From the NCBI RefSeq assembly GCF_006345805.1, contig NC_043005.1, positions 78,430,001 through 78,494,000 on the forward strand: a stretch of 64,000 nt of DNA, read 5' to 3'. Below, piece after piece: positions 12,519 through 25,344 of the stretch (positions within the stretch are counted from its first letter, which is position 1; every line of letters starts with the position of its first letter). The notes beneath the pieces were generated by a model. That model was not told where the DNA came from. It searched no databases and saw nothing but the letters and a program-made list of their open reading frames with translations. The translations under genes and the position numbers were made by a program. The stretch is from Octopus sinensis. Taxonomy: Eukaryota.

Positions 12519-13421
12519 GAAACTGAAAGAAGCCTTTCTGGATAGATGTGTGTGTGTGTCTTTGTGTGGTTGGTAAGCAAGCTACTTACTACACAGCCAC
12601 TCCAGCACCTATATTTAGGAAATTTTCAAATGTAAACAAACAACTATGAATGACACACAGTTCATGTGATTAGAAATTGAACGTTTAAATTTTAGCTAGT
12701 ATTGAACGTTAAAATGCTACTAAAGCATCAAATTTATTTGAAAAAAATATATGTATTATATTTATATTTATATAGGTTTATGTTGCCTATCTTGCCTATT
12801 GACGATGCCAGTGCTGCCTTGACTGGCTTCCGTGCCGGTGGCACGTAAAATGCACCAATCCGATTGTGGCCGTTGCCAGCCTCGCCTGGCACCTATGCAG
12901 GTGGCACGTAAAAAGCACCCACTACACTCATGGAGTGGTTGGCGTTAGGAAGGGCATCCAGCTGTAGAAACACTGCCAGATCAGACTGGAGCCTGGTGCA
13001 GCCTTCTGGTTTCCCAGATCCCTGGTCGAACCATCCAACCCATGCTAGCATGGAGAACGGACGTTAAACGATGATGATGTGAAGGAGGTAGAAAGACAGA
13101 TGTAGCTTATTGTGAGTGGTGTAATATACAAAATTATATTGGGAAATGTAAATGAAGATTGATGAATAACATTGGTGTTATTTAGGAATTATATTAGTTA
13201 GGATATAATTTCCGGGTTTTGAAGAAAAAATATTTTGTATTTAAAATATAAGGTACAGAAAAACTATATAATACTCACTTACAAAATGTTGCTAAATGCT
13301 AGAGAAATTGAAAACGGTGTTACAGGATAAATTCCCTAGGATTGTTTCTAACAATCCCTTACACTAATATTGTTTCCTCAAATTCTGCGTGTGTGTGTGT
13401 ATGTGTATATATATATATATA

Positions 13422-14588
13422 CTAGCATTAAAGACCCGGCGTTGCCGGGTCATAGTGCTAGTGCATGTATATATGTGTATATATATGTGTACATATTACA
13501 TGTACATCTATATATATACATCTACACATAAAATACAAAGTTATATCTTGATATCACTAGTGATAATAATACTCAAAATATATAACAGACTGGAATTGTT
13601 AGCCTGTCTCTTGTAATTTCGATCAATTGTATCTTGTCCTCCCTCTTGTATAGAAGTGTGGCTCTACTTCTGGGGGGAGGGGCATCTTTAATTTTTTTCC
13701 GGGATGTCCTACGTCCCAGATATAAAGGTAAAAATAAAATATTTCCACTTTGCAAGTTCGAGTCGAGTACTCCCTTGCACACTCCGTTGACTCAAACCTT
13801 GCTTTTATTGTGGCGAATTTACCGCCTCTGATTAGATACCTTTCATAGTCCCACCAAGACACTTTTCGAAGGTGCTTTCCTCCATATGTTCAAATCTTCT
13901 TTTTTCTTTACATTGTATACTTTATAGACAATAGTCTTTTCTTTAATTTAATTTTCTATTATCCATCTGGACTATTCCATTTCTGCACGCTAATTTTATT
14001 TTTAATTTATTCCCATTCATGTGAAACTACTTGTTCAAGTTCAAATCATTGATGCAATTTTATACCAATTGCTATTTTTACTTTTCTTATGTTACGATTA
14101 TATTATACTTTAGTTTGATTTTAATTATTACTTACTACATATAATTCAATTGTTATTATTATTTTTATTGTTAAAGTGAAAGTATCTGACATAAAATAGA
14201 GAAACGATTTTGTTTCACTTTTAACACGTAATACTGAAATAGTGGAGAAGATATGATATTACTATGGGCTCGCTCTAGGCAAGAAGTTGAACATTTTTTG
14301 CCCATGAAACTACATGGACCCTAAGTAAGGCATGTGTAAAATTTGAATGGAATTGGTTGTGTAGTTCTCAAGTTTTAGGGAATCGTAGTGGAGAAGATAT
14401 GATATTGCTGTAGGCTCGCCTAGGCAAAAAGTTCAAAATTTGTTTTGCCGATAACACTCCCCGGACCCTAAGTAAGGCATGTGTAAAATTTGAATGAAAT
14501 CGTTTGTGTAGTTCTCAAGTTTTAGGGAAACACACAGACAGACAGACAGACACAGACACACATTCTCAGTTTTATATATATATAAAGA
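13422..14588 (-). mobile_element. Non-autonomous Helitron (family H1), copy 1
   Basis: On the minus strand: 5'-TC start, subterminal hairpin gacccggc-aac-gccgggtc, 3'-CTAG end, inserted between A and T in a (TA)n tract with no TSD. Carries an internal 145-bp tandem duplication at about 14240-14529. Confidence 0.85.
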
Positions 14589-14619
14589 TATATATATATA
14601 TAGACACACACATATAGGA

Positions 14620-15025
14620 GAGGAAAAATTAATAAGACAGAATGCTCAATTGAAAGTAAATTTTAGTAAAAATGGGTGTATGAAAAATTAAAAAAAAAAA
14701 AAAATCAAACAGCATTCATTGCAAGGTAAATTTTCAAGATTTGGAGGGGGAAAATTTTTTTTTTAATTGAGGAAGGGGAAAATAGAAATTTACAATGTTT
14801 TTTTTCAAAAAAATAATAATACATATATAGAAAAATTAATAAATAAGTATACCAATACATTGTAGAGTCTTTATGCTTTTAGAGTTCAATATTAGTCCTT
14901 GGAAAGACTTCTTTGGAAAAACTTAAAGAGAATAACAAGCCTCATAATGCAAAATTTTTACTTTTCAAAAATTACAATTCTAAAGGGTTGAAACAAACCC
15001 AAGCAACACTGGGCAATACTGCTAG
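14620..15025 (+). mobile_element. Probable Helitron remnant (3' end clear, 5' end uncertain)
   Basis: cccaagcaacactggg hairpin followed by caatactgCTAG-t at 14998-15026, the same terminal architecture as 25345-25744. Confidence 0.5.
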
Positions 15026-15294
15026 TATATATAGTTCATTGCTAAACCTCGCTAAGATAAATATTTCAATTACCTGAAGATTGACTGTAACCATAACTCG
15101 AATTATTACAAATTGTACAGCCATGAAACAATTGTAGTGTTTTACTCTTTATCTTTTATTAAACTTTTAACACTTTTAATATATATTTAAAATAATATAA
15201 ATTAATTAATTTTATGTATTGGCTTATGTTTTTCATTGTTTGATTTGCCTAATAGTGGTTTTATCTCTAATTTAATATAATATATATATATATG

Positions 15295-15450
15295 AAGAAT
15301 AAAAAGTTTTGAATGGTACAACAATGCACTATAATACACCTGTTGTAATTTAGTCATCCATAGTCTGATGATATTTCGGAATAAAATTCCTTCTTCAGAT
15401 ATTCTTAGATGGAGTCGCTGCAATAATAGCATTCAAAACTTTTTATTCTT
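15295..15450. mobile_element. 156-bp element with perfect 21-bp terminal inverted repeats enclosing a hammerhead-like motif
   Basis: aagaataaaaagttttgaatg (15295-15315) is the exact reverse complement of cattcaaaactttttattctt (15430-15450). Confidence 0.7.
15369..15402 (-). ncRNA. Candidate minimal type-I hammerhead ribozyme motif (Penelope-like terminus)
   Basis: Minus strand: AUAU CUGAAGA A GGAAU-UUU-AUUCC GAAA UAUC A. CUGANGA core, perfect 5-bp stem II, GAAA, palindromic AUAU stem III and C at the cleavage position. Stem I is only 2 bp. Confidence 0.4.
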
Positions 15451-15493
15451 TACAAACAATACAAAATGCTTCCAGCGAACTACAATACTCTCC

Positions 15494-15525
<32 letters not shown>

Positions 15526-15765
15526 ATATATATTCTCAGAGAGGCAGTAATGAAGATAAACATAATTAAGCTTAACTTTGTTTATGTGTGTTACTATTCC
15601 CATATCAGTTCAATTCCTGATAGCGCAAGCCTTGTCCTGGACCAAGAATTTTGAGTTTATGTTCAAATCCTTTTGAGCAGCACTATGTGTTTACTGTACC
15701 CAGTTCCTGCCTATTGTCTGTATGACAATAGGACTATTGCATGTATGAATGTATGTATGTGTATG

Positions 15766-15798
<33 letters not shown>

Positions 15799-15845
15799 CC
15801 ACACACACATGCATATATGTGGATCTGTTTGTGTGTATGTATGTA

Positions 15846-16290
15846 TTAAGTCGGTGCCAAAATAATTGCATTTCTTATTTATTATTTTAAACTTTGGTCC
15901 TTTTTTGTTTTTGTGTGTGGGATGGAAATATTCATGTAATACTACTGTTTTGAAGAACAAATCTCAGTCTGTTGATTTATGGTAATAGCGGCACTTTCAT
16001 TGTTTATTTTGGTTTATTTTCGGTTGTCAAATTTTAGATGGTGGTGGAAAGAAAACAGATTTCGGCAATTTATTTGAAGAGTTTAAAATGGAACGGTAAT
16101 CAGAGAAAGCTGCTTGCAATATTAAGCAAGTGGAGTGTCAGCATTTGTACAGCTAAATGCTGGTTCCAAAACTTATTATGCAGTCGTAGCGAGACCCTTA
16201 ATGATACAGAAACTTCATGGATGACCCATCAACAAGCAGTTGAGGGCCATTATTGTGTTTGAATCCATACAAAATAAGTTGGATTTTTTC
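15846..16290 (+). mobile_element. Mariner transposon 5' relic
   Basis: TA followed by ttaagtcggtgccaaaataattgcattt resembles the mariner TIR (ttaggttggtgcaaaagtaattgc). The decayed N-terminal ORF 16038..16262 (MVVERKQISAIYL...CTAKCWFQNL) resembles a mariner DNA-binding domain. Confidence 0.65.
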
Positions 16291-16594
16291 TCTTTTAATT
16301 TTTGTGTTTTTCAGTCATTAGCCTGCAGCCATTGCTGAGGTACCATCTTGAAAGAATAAACACACATAAACATACCAATACTGGTTACCAAGCAGTGGTA
16401 GTAGACAAAGACACACACACACACAATAAACTTCTTTCAGTTTCTGCCTGCAAAAACCACACACAAGCTTTTTGGTCAGCTCAAGGCCATAATAGAAGAC
16501 ACTTGCCCAAAATGCTACACATTGGGACTGAACTCAGGACCATGCGTTTGAAAAGAAAGCTTCTTACCATGTAGCCATGCCTGTGCCTAATTCC

Positions 16595-16639
<45 letters not shown>

Positions 16640-16656
16640 GTGTATATGTATATATA

Positions 16657-17048
16657 GGCGCAGGAGTGGCTGTGTGGTAAGTAGCTTGTTTACCAACCAC
16701 ATGGTTCCGGGTTCAGTCCGACTGCGTGGCACGTTGGGCAAGTGTCTTCTGCTATAGCCCCGGGCCGACCAATGCCTTGTGAGTGGATTTGGTAGACGGA
16801 AACTGAAAGAAGCCTGTCGTATATATGTATATATATGTATATGTATGTGTGTGTTTGTCCTCCTAGCATTGCTTGACAACCGATGCTGGTGTGTTTACGT
16901 CCCCGTAACTTAGCGGTTCGGCAAAAGAGACCGATAGAATAAGTACTGGGCTTACAAAGAATAAGTCTCGGGGTCGATTTGCTCGACTAAAGGCGGTGCT
17001 CCAGCATGGCCATAGTCAAATGACTGAAACAAGTAAAAGAATAAAAGA
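16657..17048 (+). mobile_element. tRNA-derived composite SINE (family A), well-preserved full-length copy
   Basis: ggcgcaggagTGGCTGTGTGGtaag (A box) ... GGTTCAGTCC (B box), internal (TA/TG)n, and tail ...gactgaaacaagtaaaagaataaaag. Confidence 0.85.
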
Positions 17049-17279
17049 GAGAGAGTATATATGTATATATGTGTGTATATATAAATATATATGTATATAT
17101 GTGTGTATATATAAATATATATTTATATATGTGTGTATATATAAATATATATTTATATATGTGTGTATATATAAATATATAGGTATATGTATGTGTGTAT
17201 ATATAAATATATATATATGTATATGTGCGTGTATATATAAATATATATATGTATGTATATGTGCGTGTATATATAAATA

Positions 17280-17883
17280 TATATATGTATGTATATGTGT
17301 GTGTATATATAAATATATATATGTATGTATATATGTGTATATATATAAATATATATATGTATATATATATATGTATAAATATATATATGTATATATATGT
17401 GTGTGTATAGACATGTATATGCATATATGTGTGTATATAAGTATATATAAGTATATATCTGTATATATATGCGTGTATATATGAATCAGTTTTGGGGATT
17501 TGGAAATTCTATTGCAGACAGAATAAATCCCTATGTTTGTTCTTTTGACATCATGTGTAGATTCTAATGGTTAGTATTTTAATCAATAAGAGCAGGTCTG
17601 CATTGAAACATATTGTTTTAAAGCTTATTGCACAAGACATGACACACGCTTACACACACACACATGTCTGTTTCCTTGGATAAGTACATTTAATATATAT
17701 GTGTATGTGTTTATAAATAGGATAGACCGATAGATACAAATGTATGTGTGGTGTGTGTGTGTGTGTATATATATATTGACGTGATATTACACACACTCAC
17801 ATGTTGATTCACCTAGATAAACAGATAGTGTGTATGTGTGTGTGTGTGTACATATATGCACGCACACATATATGTATATATGT

Positions 17884-17932
<49 letters not shown>

Positions 17933-18780
17933 ATATACATACATACATACATACATGTATATATATATGTGTGTGTGTATATGCATATATAAAACATGTA
18001 TGTACATTCATATGTAACACACACACACACACACACACAAACATTGTTTATCCAACCAGAGCTATTATGTTTTCTTTTGTTTTGGTATTCTTTTAATGTT
18101 TTTTTTCTCCCCAACCTATAACGTGTGTATGTGTGTGTGTGTATATATAAATATATATTATATATGTGTGTATATATATATATATATGTATGTATATGTG
18201 TGTGTATATATAAATATATATATGTATGTATATATGTGTATATATATAAATATATATATGTATATATATATATGTATAAATATATATATGTATATATATG
18301 TGTGTGTATAGACATGTATATGCATATATGTGTGTATATAAGTATATATAAGTATATATCTGTATATATATGCGTGTATATATGAATCAGTTTTGGGGAT
18401 TTGGAAATTCTATTGCAGACAGAATAAATCCCTATGTTTGTTCTTTTGACATCATGTGTAGATTCTAATGGTTAGTATTTTAATCAATAAGAGCAGGTCT
18501 GCATTGAAACATATTGTTTTAAAGCTTATTGCACAAGACATGACACACGCTTACACACACACACATGTCTGTTTCCTTGGATAAGTACATTTAATATATA
18601 TGTGTATGTGTTTATAAATAGATAGACCGATAGATACAAATGTATGTGTGGTGTGTGTGTGTGTATATATATATTGACGTGATATTACACACACTCACAT
18701 GTTGATTCACCTAGATAAACAGATAGTGTGTATGTGTGTGTGTGTGTACATATATGCACGCACACATATATGTATATATG

Positions 18781-18811
<31 letters not shown>

Positions 18812-19023
18812 TATATGATGATATACATACATACATACATACATACATGTATATATATATGTGTGTGTGTATATGCATATATAAAACATGTATGTACATT
18901 CATATGTAACACACACACACACACACAAACATTGTTTTCCAACCAGAGCTATTATTTTTTCTTTTGTTTTGGTATTCTTTTAATGTTTTTTTTCTCCCCA
19001 ACCTATAACATGTGTATATGTGG

Positions 19024-19025
<2 letters not shown>
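17280..19025. repeat. Direct tandem duplication, two near-identical units of about 0.9 kb
   Basis: gaatcagttt..ggggatttgg at about 17483 and 18385; ccaacctataac at about 18111 and 18998. Differences are mostly microsatellite length and single-base indels. Confidence 0.9.
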
Positions 19026-19077
<52 letters not shown>

Positions 19078-20272
19078 GCATGTACACACACATACACATT
19101 GTCAATTATAGTTTCTATATTGTTTTATAGATGGTTTGATCTCACCTATTGTTTATTGTTCTTAATAAGCTTCATCTCACTTCAATCCATTAACATTTCT
19201 TTCTGTTTTTTTGTTTGTGAAGTTTGTGAAGATTAATTTAACCAGCTTGTTAAAAAAATATTGTTGTTGTTCTCTGCACGACAGTTCGTGTGACACCAGC
19301 TTCATGTCCACGTACTCCGCACAATGGCTTCTGTGCATGCTTTCTAAACGACGACAATGGAACTGAAATTTTATAACTAGATTCAACTTGTCAAAAAACC
19401 ATGCTTCATTGAGTCCATGATTGATTGATTTGTAGTTATCTGTCCCTATCTTGTCTGTGTGTGTTCTGTTTGTGTCGCTGGTCCTTGTCTTTTCCTACTC
19501 CCGTCCTTTCAGTCGAGGATCTATTGACAGGCTCCATTGTTTTCTCACTTTGCAGATGGCACAGGTGTTATTAACATATTCACGTAGTTTTATCATGCTT
19601 CTTGTTTTTCCGCGTTAACCATCATAATTCTTTCTGTATTGTTTATGCTTACAAACACACAACAGGATGATTCAAACACTCTCACTCACTCACACGCACA
19701 CACAAGGATGATTCAAGCACATACCAAATGATTCTCTCTCTTTCTCTCTCTGTCACACACACACACATAGCATTTCTTTCTTCCTCTCACACACACACAT
19801 AGCAATTCTCTTTCCCTCACACGCACACACACACGTACCGATTCTCCACACACACGCTTCAATTCGCCAAACATACATAGTGATTCTCTCTCTCTCACAC
19901 ACACACACACACGCACCGATTCGTCACACATACATAGTGATTCTCTCTCCCTCTCAAACACACACACCAATTCTCACCTTCTCACATACACACAATACTT
20001 CTCTCTCCCTCCCTTTCTCATACACACAAACAAGGTGGTTTGTACACACACACATACACGGTGATTCATGTTCATCCACACACACACACACACACACACT
20101 CACACTCTGGGTGTTTGTCCTCCACCATCACTTGTTAGTTTGTTTCCATCTCTCTAACCTAGTGGTCCAACAAAAGAGACCAATAAAATAAGTACCTGGC
20201 TGAAATAATAAGCGCTTGGGTCAATTGTTTGACTAAACCCTTCACTGACTAAAACGAGTAAATATTTAGAGG

Positions 20273-20334
<62 letters not shown>

Positions 20335-21338
20335 TACACACACACATTATTTGTGGGTTAACAAAGCTACCAGTGAGTTCATGTATAAAGATTCTAGACA
20401 TGAAACTATTGGTAACCTTGTTAACCTGCAAATAAACGAGTATTTACACCTAAATGCAGTATTGAGCTTTCAGTCTCACTGTTCGATATTAACATGTGTG
20501 TGTTTGTTTGTGTGTCTTCACACACATGCACGCACATACTCTTTCTCTCTCTCTCTCTCTCTGTTTCTCTATCTCGGGTGGTTGGTGTTAGGAAGGGCAA
20601 CCAGCTGTAAAAACCCTGTCGATACAAACTGTGAAATTTGGTGCACTCTCCTGTCCAGCCAGCCCCTGTCAAACCATCCAACCCATTCCAGCATGGCAAA
20701 CAGACATTAAATGATGACGATGATGATGATATATAATAATGAGAAATAAATGATCTTTTGAATACATTTAATACATACATTTCAGACTATTATGCAATGG
20801 ACAGAAATGAAGTAATCTGTTACACATCATCTTCCTCAGTTAAAACATGTTTTTGTATGCATGCGTGTACATTCATTTGTTTTGTGTTTCTGTTTGTTCA
20901 TTTTTATCATATTAATATTTCAATATGCCTTTCCTGTCACTAACCCTTAATAAGGGTTCTCTTATTTCATGTATTGGGAAACGTGAAGTGAGCAGATTAT
21001 TTGTCGACAGGCTCATGACATCCACAAATGTGGACAAATACATGCTTGCTTGTGTGTGTGTGAGAGAGTTTACCGCTTTAGCTTTGAGATTTTCTCTGTC
21101 AAATGTCATACTTACTGCTCAGAATCAGTCCTGCATCATCTCATAGTTTTGAAATTCTGATGATGTTGTTGTTTATTCTTAGAATGACATTGCAGGGTAG
21201 GAGTGAAAGGCTGGATCTGGTCAGTTTGAATATAAAACAAGAAGACTATTAAAGGCCGGATATGGCCAATTTAAACATGCCGTTAAGATAACTTATGACT
21301 TATAAAAACTCATTGTTTGAAACTTGCTTTTATTTCAG

Positions 21339-21442
21339 ATTGTACGAACAGATTTGCAAGAGCTGTATGATCTAGACTTGGGTGGGGCACCATATGGTTA
21401 TACGCCATTCTGTAGTAGCCGGACTGAAATGGACGGCTTCAG
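21339..21442 (+). CDS. UGGT: UGGT internal coding exon (GT24 catalytic domain): [35 protein letters not shown]
   Basis: Acceptor tttcag at 21333-21338 and donor gtcagt at 21443. 104 nt, phase 0 to 2. Translation matches the recalled UGGT motif [25 protein letters not shown]. Not in the ORF track. Confidence 0.96.
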
Positions 21443-22095
21443 GTCAGTATCTTTCCATTTTGGTTCTACTTGACTAGTAATTCTAATATTCTTATGATAA
21501 TTGCTACTACAGTAATCCCTCGACTACTGTGGGTGTTACATTCCAAGACATGCCTAAAACAGCCAATAGTTCTTTGATGCAAATTCCCTGTTTTAAGGAA
21601 ATCTAAGTTAATACCTTCAACCAAAATTTCTTGGTTTATAGTCTTGCTAAATAACAACAAAGTTAGTTCATTAAATTCTTTACTTCCAAAATTAATTGAA
21701 ATAAAAGCAGTGAAATTGAATAAAAGAAAACATTAAAATATAATTTTGATACATGTAACATGAGCTGTGTGAAACCTAGGCATTCATAGAGCTTTGGTTG
21801 GCCTAACGCTGTAGTAGCAGATACTCGTCCAGTTATTTTTCTGTTTGCCAGAGACAAGAACAGTGTGTTTTCACATCATCTTAATTATCACAGCTTTCAA
21901 ATAAATAACTATAAAGTTATCTACATTATATGTTTCAAGTATTCAGATTTACTGTGTGTTTTAGGTGAATGTATAGTATTTAAAGGTGAAATGTAAGCCT
22001 ACTCAGTCACCTGTTAATTACTAGTTTCTTTATTTCATTCCTCTTTTCATGTCACAAATGAAAATGTCCTAAAACCTATGTATCTATCATTTCAG

Positions 22096-22152
22096 ATTCT
22101 GGAAATCAGGATATTGGGCAAGTCACTTAGGTGGCCGTAAATATCATATCAG
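22096..22152 (+). CDS. UGGT: UGGT internal coding exon: (R)FWKSGYWASHLGGRKYHI(S)
   Basis: Acceptor tttcag before 22096 and donor gtaaag at 22153. 57 nt, phase 2 to 2, continues the frame of the previous exon. FWKxGYWxxHL..RKYHISALY is characteristic of UGGT. Confidence 0.96.
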
Positions 22153-22393
22153 GTAAAGTGTTTGAAAATTTCTTGTCCTTTTTTACCTTTTTATTTTTAC
22201 TTCATCATCATTCTTCCACATTAAAAGCCTGCCATCAAGATTCCATGTTAATCTATGTTCCAAACACTAGATTAATAATAACAAAGTTATTTTACTAAAT
22301 ACTTCATTATTTTCAAAATTAATTGTTGAAACAAAGGCGAAGTGTTTCAACAGAAATATGGTAACAAAACGGTTCACCAAGAAATAATTGCTG

Positions 22394-22621
22394 TTAACCC
22401 TTTCGTTAGCAACCCGGCTGAAACTGGCTCTGGCTCTGAGTACAAATGTCTTGTTTTCATAAGTTTTGAATTAAAATTTTCCATCAAACCTTATTCACAA
22501 TTTATGTTCTGAACACTAGCTGAATGATAACTAAGTTATTTTACTAAATCTTTTGTTATATTTAAAGTAATTGAAAGAAACACAGAACATCTCAAAATAA
22601 ATACAGTAACGAAAGGGTTAA
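22394..22621. mobile_element. piggyBac-type MITE (family P1) in a UGGT intron
   Basis: TTAA-ccctttcgttagc ... gtaacgaaaggg-TTAA; body similar to 9704-9933. Confidence 0.85.
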
Positions 22622-23733
22622 ACTAAAAGCCCTAACTAGTCTAAACTTAAGATGTTAATTGTAACCATTCTGCTTGAGTGTGTTATTTCTGTTTGTTACA
22701 GGAAATTTGCAGTCCTGAGTTACAGCTCTTTTTTGCCAATGATACTCTCCATGCAGATTATTCACAAAGAGCATGTTTAATTCAGTGCCTTAGAATATCT
22801 ATCCCACTTTTGTTTCCTTCACTTTTACTACTGTGGTGTAGTTCTGCCCTTTGTCATCAAGAAGCGGTACCATTTTCTTGTATATAAACATTTCTTTGTT
22901 TGCAAAGACTTTTGGTCAGCAAGTGAATGAGTAAAGAAAATGTAATAGTTATGGGTTGGCACCTGTGCTAGTGGCATGTGTAAAAAGATTCGAGCGAGGT
23001 TGTTGCCAGTACCACCTGACTGGCCCCCGTGCTGGTGGCATGTAAAAAGCACCCACTGCACTCTCGGAGTGGTTGGCATTAGGAAGGGCATCCAGCTGTA
23101 GAAACTCTGCCAGATCAAGATTGGAGCATGGTGCAGCCATCTGGTTCTCAGCCCTCAGTCAAAATCGTCAAACCCATGCTAGCATGGAAGGCGGACGTTA
23201 AATGATGATGATGATGTACAGGAATCTCATTTCATAACCACATCACTGCATGGAGACACTAAAAGAATTGTATTAAAAGATGTGTTTACAACTTGCTCAA
23301 ATCACATACTTTTTCATCAGTGCCAAAGTTTCTAATGAGAAAGACACTCCCATAATCCTTGTAATCTAAAACCTTATATGCTTGCATCTATCCTAAACAG
23401 TTTAAATTGCCTTCTCCTTGAGAATAGGGAATTTCCTTGAAACGCCAGTACTCACATCTTTCCACCAGTGGTATAGTGAAAGAGTGGCACCCAGGATAGC
23501 CGATGACCTTGCCCCTCCACGATCATCCCACCAACCTAGCCTATAAAGCTTTATGCAGCAGGTCCAAAACTATTTCCCCTATAAAAAGCATCGCTGGAGG
23601 GGACTGACCCCTTCCCTTTCCACACTACTGTTTTCCACAGCGTGTTTCTTGTTATATATATTTTTTTATTTCTCAAAGATCATGAAACTTTTATTTTATT
23701 ATTATTGTTGTTGTTCTTCTTCTTCTACCACAG

Positions 23734-23965
23734 TGCCCTCTATGTTGTTGATTTGAAAAAATTCCGTCGGATAGCAGCTGGAGATCGTTTGAGAGGCCAG
23801 TACCAAGGTTTGAGCCAAGATCCAAACAGCCTTGCCAATTTAGATCAAGATCTGCCTAACAACATGATCCACCAAGTGGCTATCAAATCATTACCTCAGG
23901 AATGGCTCTGGTGTGAGACTTGGTGCAGCACAAAAGAGTTGAAAAATGCAAAGACTATTGATTTG
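23734..23965 (+). CDS. UGGT: UGGT internal coding exon: (S)[77 protein letters not shown]
   Basis: Acceptor ccacag at 23728-23733 and donor gtgagt at 23966. 232 nt, phase 2 to 0. Contains the hallmark [18 protein letters not shown] and [12 protein letters not shown] motifs. Part of ORF 23642..23977. Confidence 0.98.
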
Positions 23966-24014
23966 GTGAGTAATTAAGAGCTTGTATAGTTTTGGTCTTT
24001 TTTTTTTTCAACAC

Positions 24015-24420
24015 TTTTACTCTTTTACTCGTTTCAGTCATTTGACTTTGACCATGCTGGAGCACCGCCTTTAGTCGAGAAAATCGACCCCAGGGCTTAT
24101 TCTTTGTAAGCCTGGTGCTTATTCTATCGGTCTCTTTTGCTGAACCGCTAAGTTACGGGGATGTAAACACACCAGCGTTGGTTGTCAAGCAATGTTGGGG
24201 GGACAAACACAGACACACAAACATATACACACACACACACACATATATACATATATACGACGGGCTTCTTTCAGTTTCCATCTACCAAATCCACTCACAA
24301 GGCTTTGGTCAGCTCGAGGCTATAGTAGAAGACACTTGTCTAAGGTGCCACACAGTGGGACTGAACCCAGAACCATGTGGTTTGTAAGCAAGCTACTTAC
24401 CACACAGCCACTCCTGCACC
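24015..24420 (-). mobile_element. tRNA-derived composite SINE (family A), full length, about 50 nt downstream of the UGGT exon
   Basis: Reverse complement of 16657-17048 with few mismatches by eye. Confidence 0.85.
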
Positions 24421-25344
24421 TATTTTTATAATTTTTTTTATCATGAACCCCTGGATATTACTGTCTCAAGTCCCAGGACTCGTTGGATTGGTTACTTGGG
24501 TTCCATGGCATATAAGGTGCAAGTGTGGCTGGTGTGGTAAGTTTGCTCCACCAACCACATGGTTCTGGGTTCAGTCCCACTGCATGGAACCATGCACAAG
24601 TGTCTTCTACTATAGTCCTTGGCAGACCAAAGCTTTGTGAATGGATTTGGTAGGTGGAAACTAAAAGAATCGTATCGTATATATGTATGTGTGAAGGAAA
24701 GCTACATGACTAGTCAGGTTTTAGAAGAGAGCGGGGTTTGGGGTGGAGCTAAAAATCGGTGTATATGTGTATCTACCTATCCATACAGGCGTGGTCGTGT
24801 AGGAAAAAGCTTGCTTCCCAACCACATGGTTCTGTGTTCAGCCCCACTGCATGGTGCCTTGAGCAAGTGTCTTCTACTATAGCTTCAGGACAACAAAAGC
24901 CTTGTGAGTAGATTTGGTAGATGGAAACTGAAAGAATCCTATCATATGTGTATGTGTGTGTTTTTGTATTTGTGTATATGCCTGTGTCTCCTTGTCTTGA
25001 CATTGTGTGATAGTTGTAAATGATTCTCACTGTCACACAAGCAGTGTTGTTCCTTTCCAATATTCTGTGAGAGTTTGCGGGGAAATATTACCTTACATGG
25101 AGACAGGTGAGGGTTGGTGACAGGAAGGGCATCCAGCTGTAGAAAATCTGCCTCAAGAAACTCTGTTGACCAATACAAGCATGGAAAAGTGGACATTACT
25201 ATGACAACAGTGGTGGCAGCATAAATGGTGGAAAAGGAGGAGTGACTGAGATTACAATATTCCCTTGGGACAGGTTTCCAGTCTCTCGCAGGTTTATTCA
25301 TTTACAGCTGAGCGAACTGAAACAGTGTGAAAAAAAATTATATA

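Noticed and set aside
17050-17420. Regularly spaced units as a CRISPR-like array
   Set aside because: The units are TA-derived minisatellite with no unique spacers, in eukaryotic context with no cas genes.
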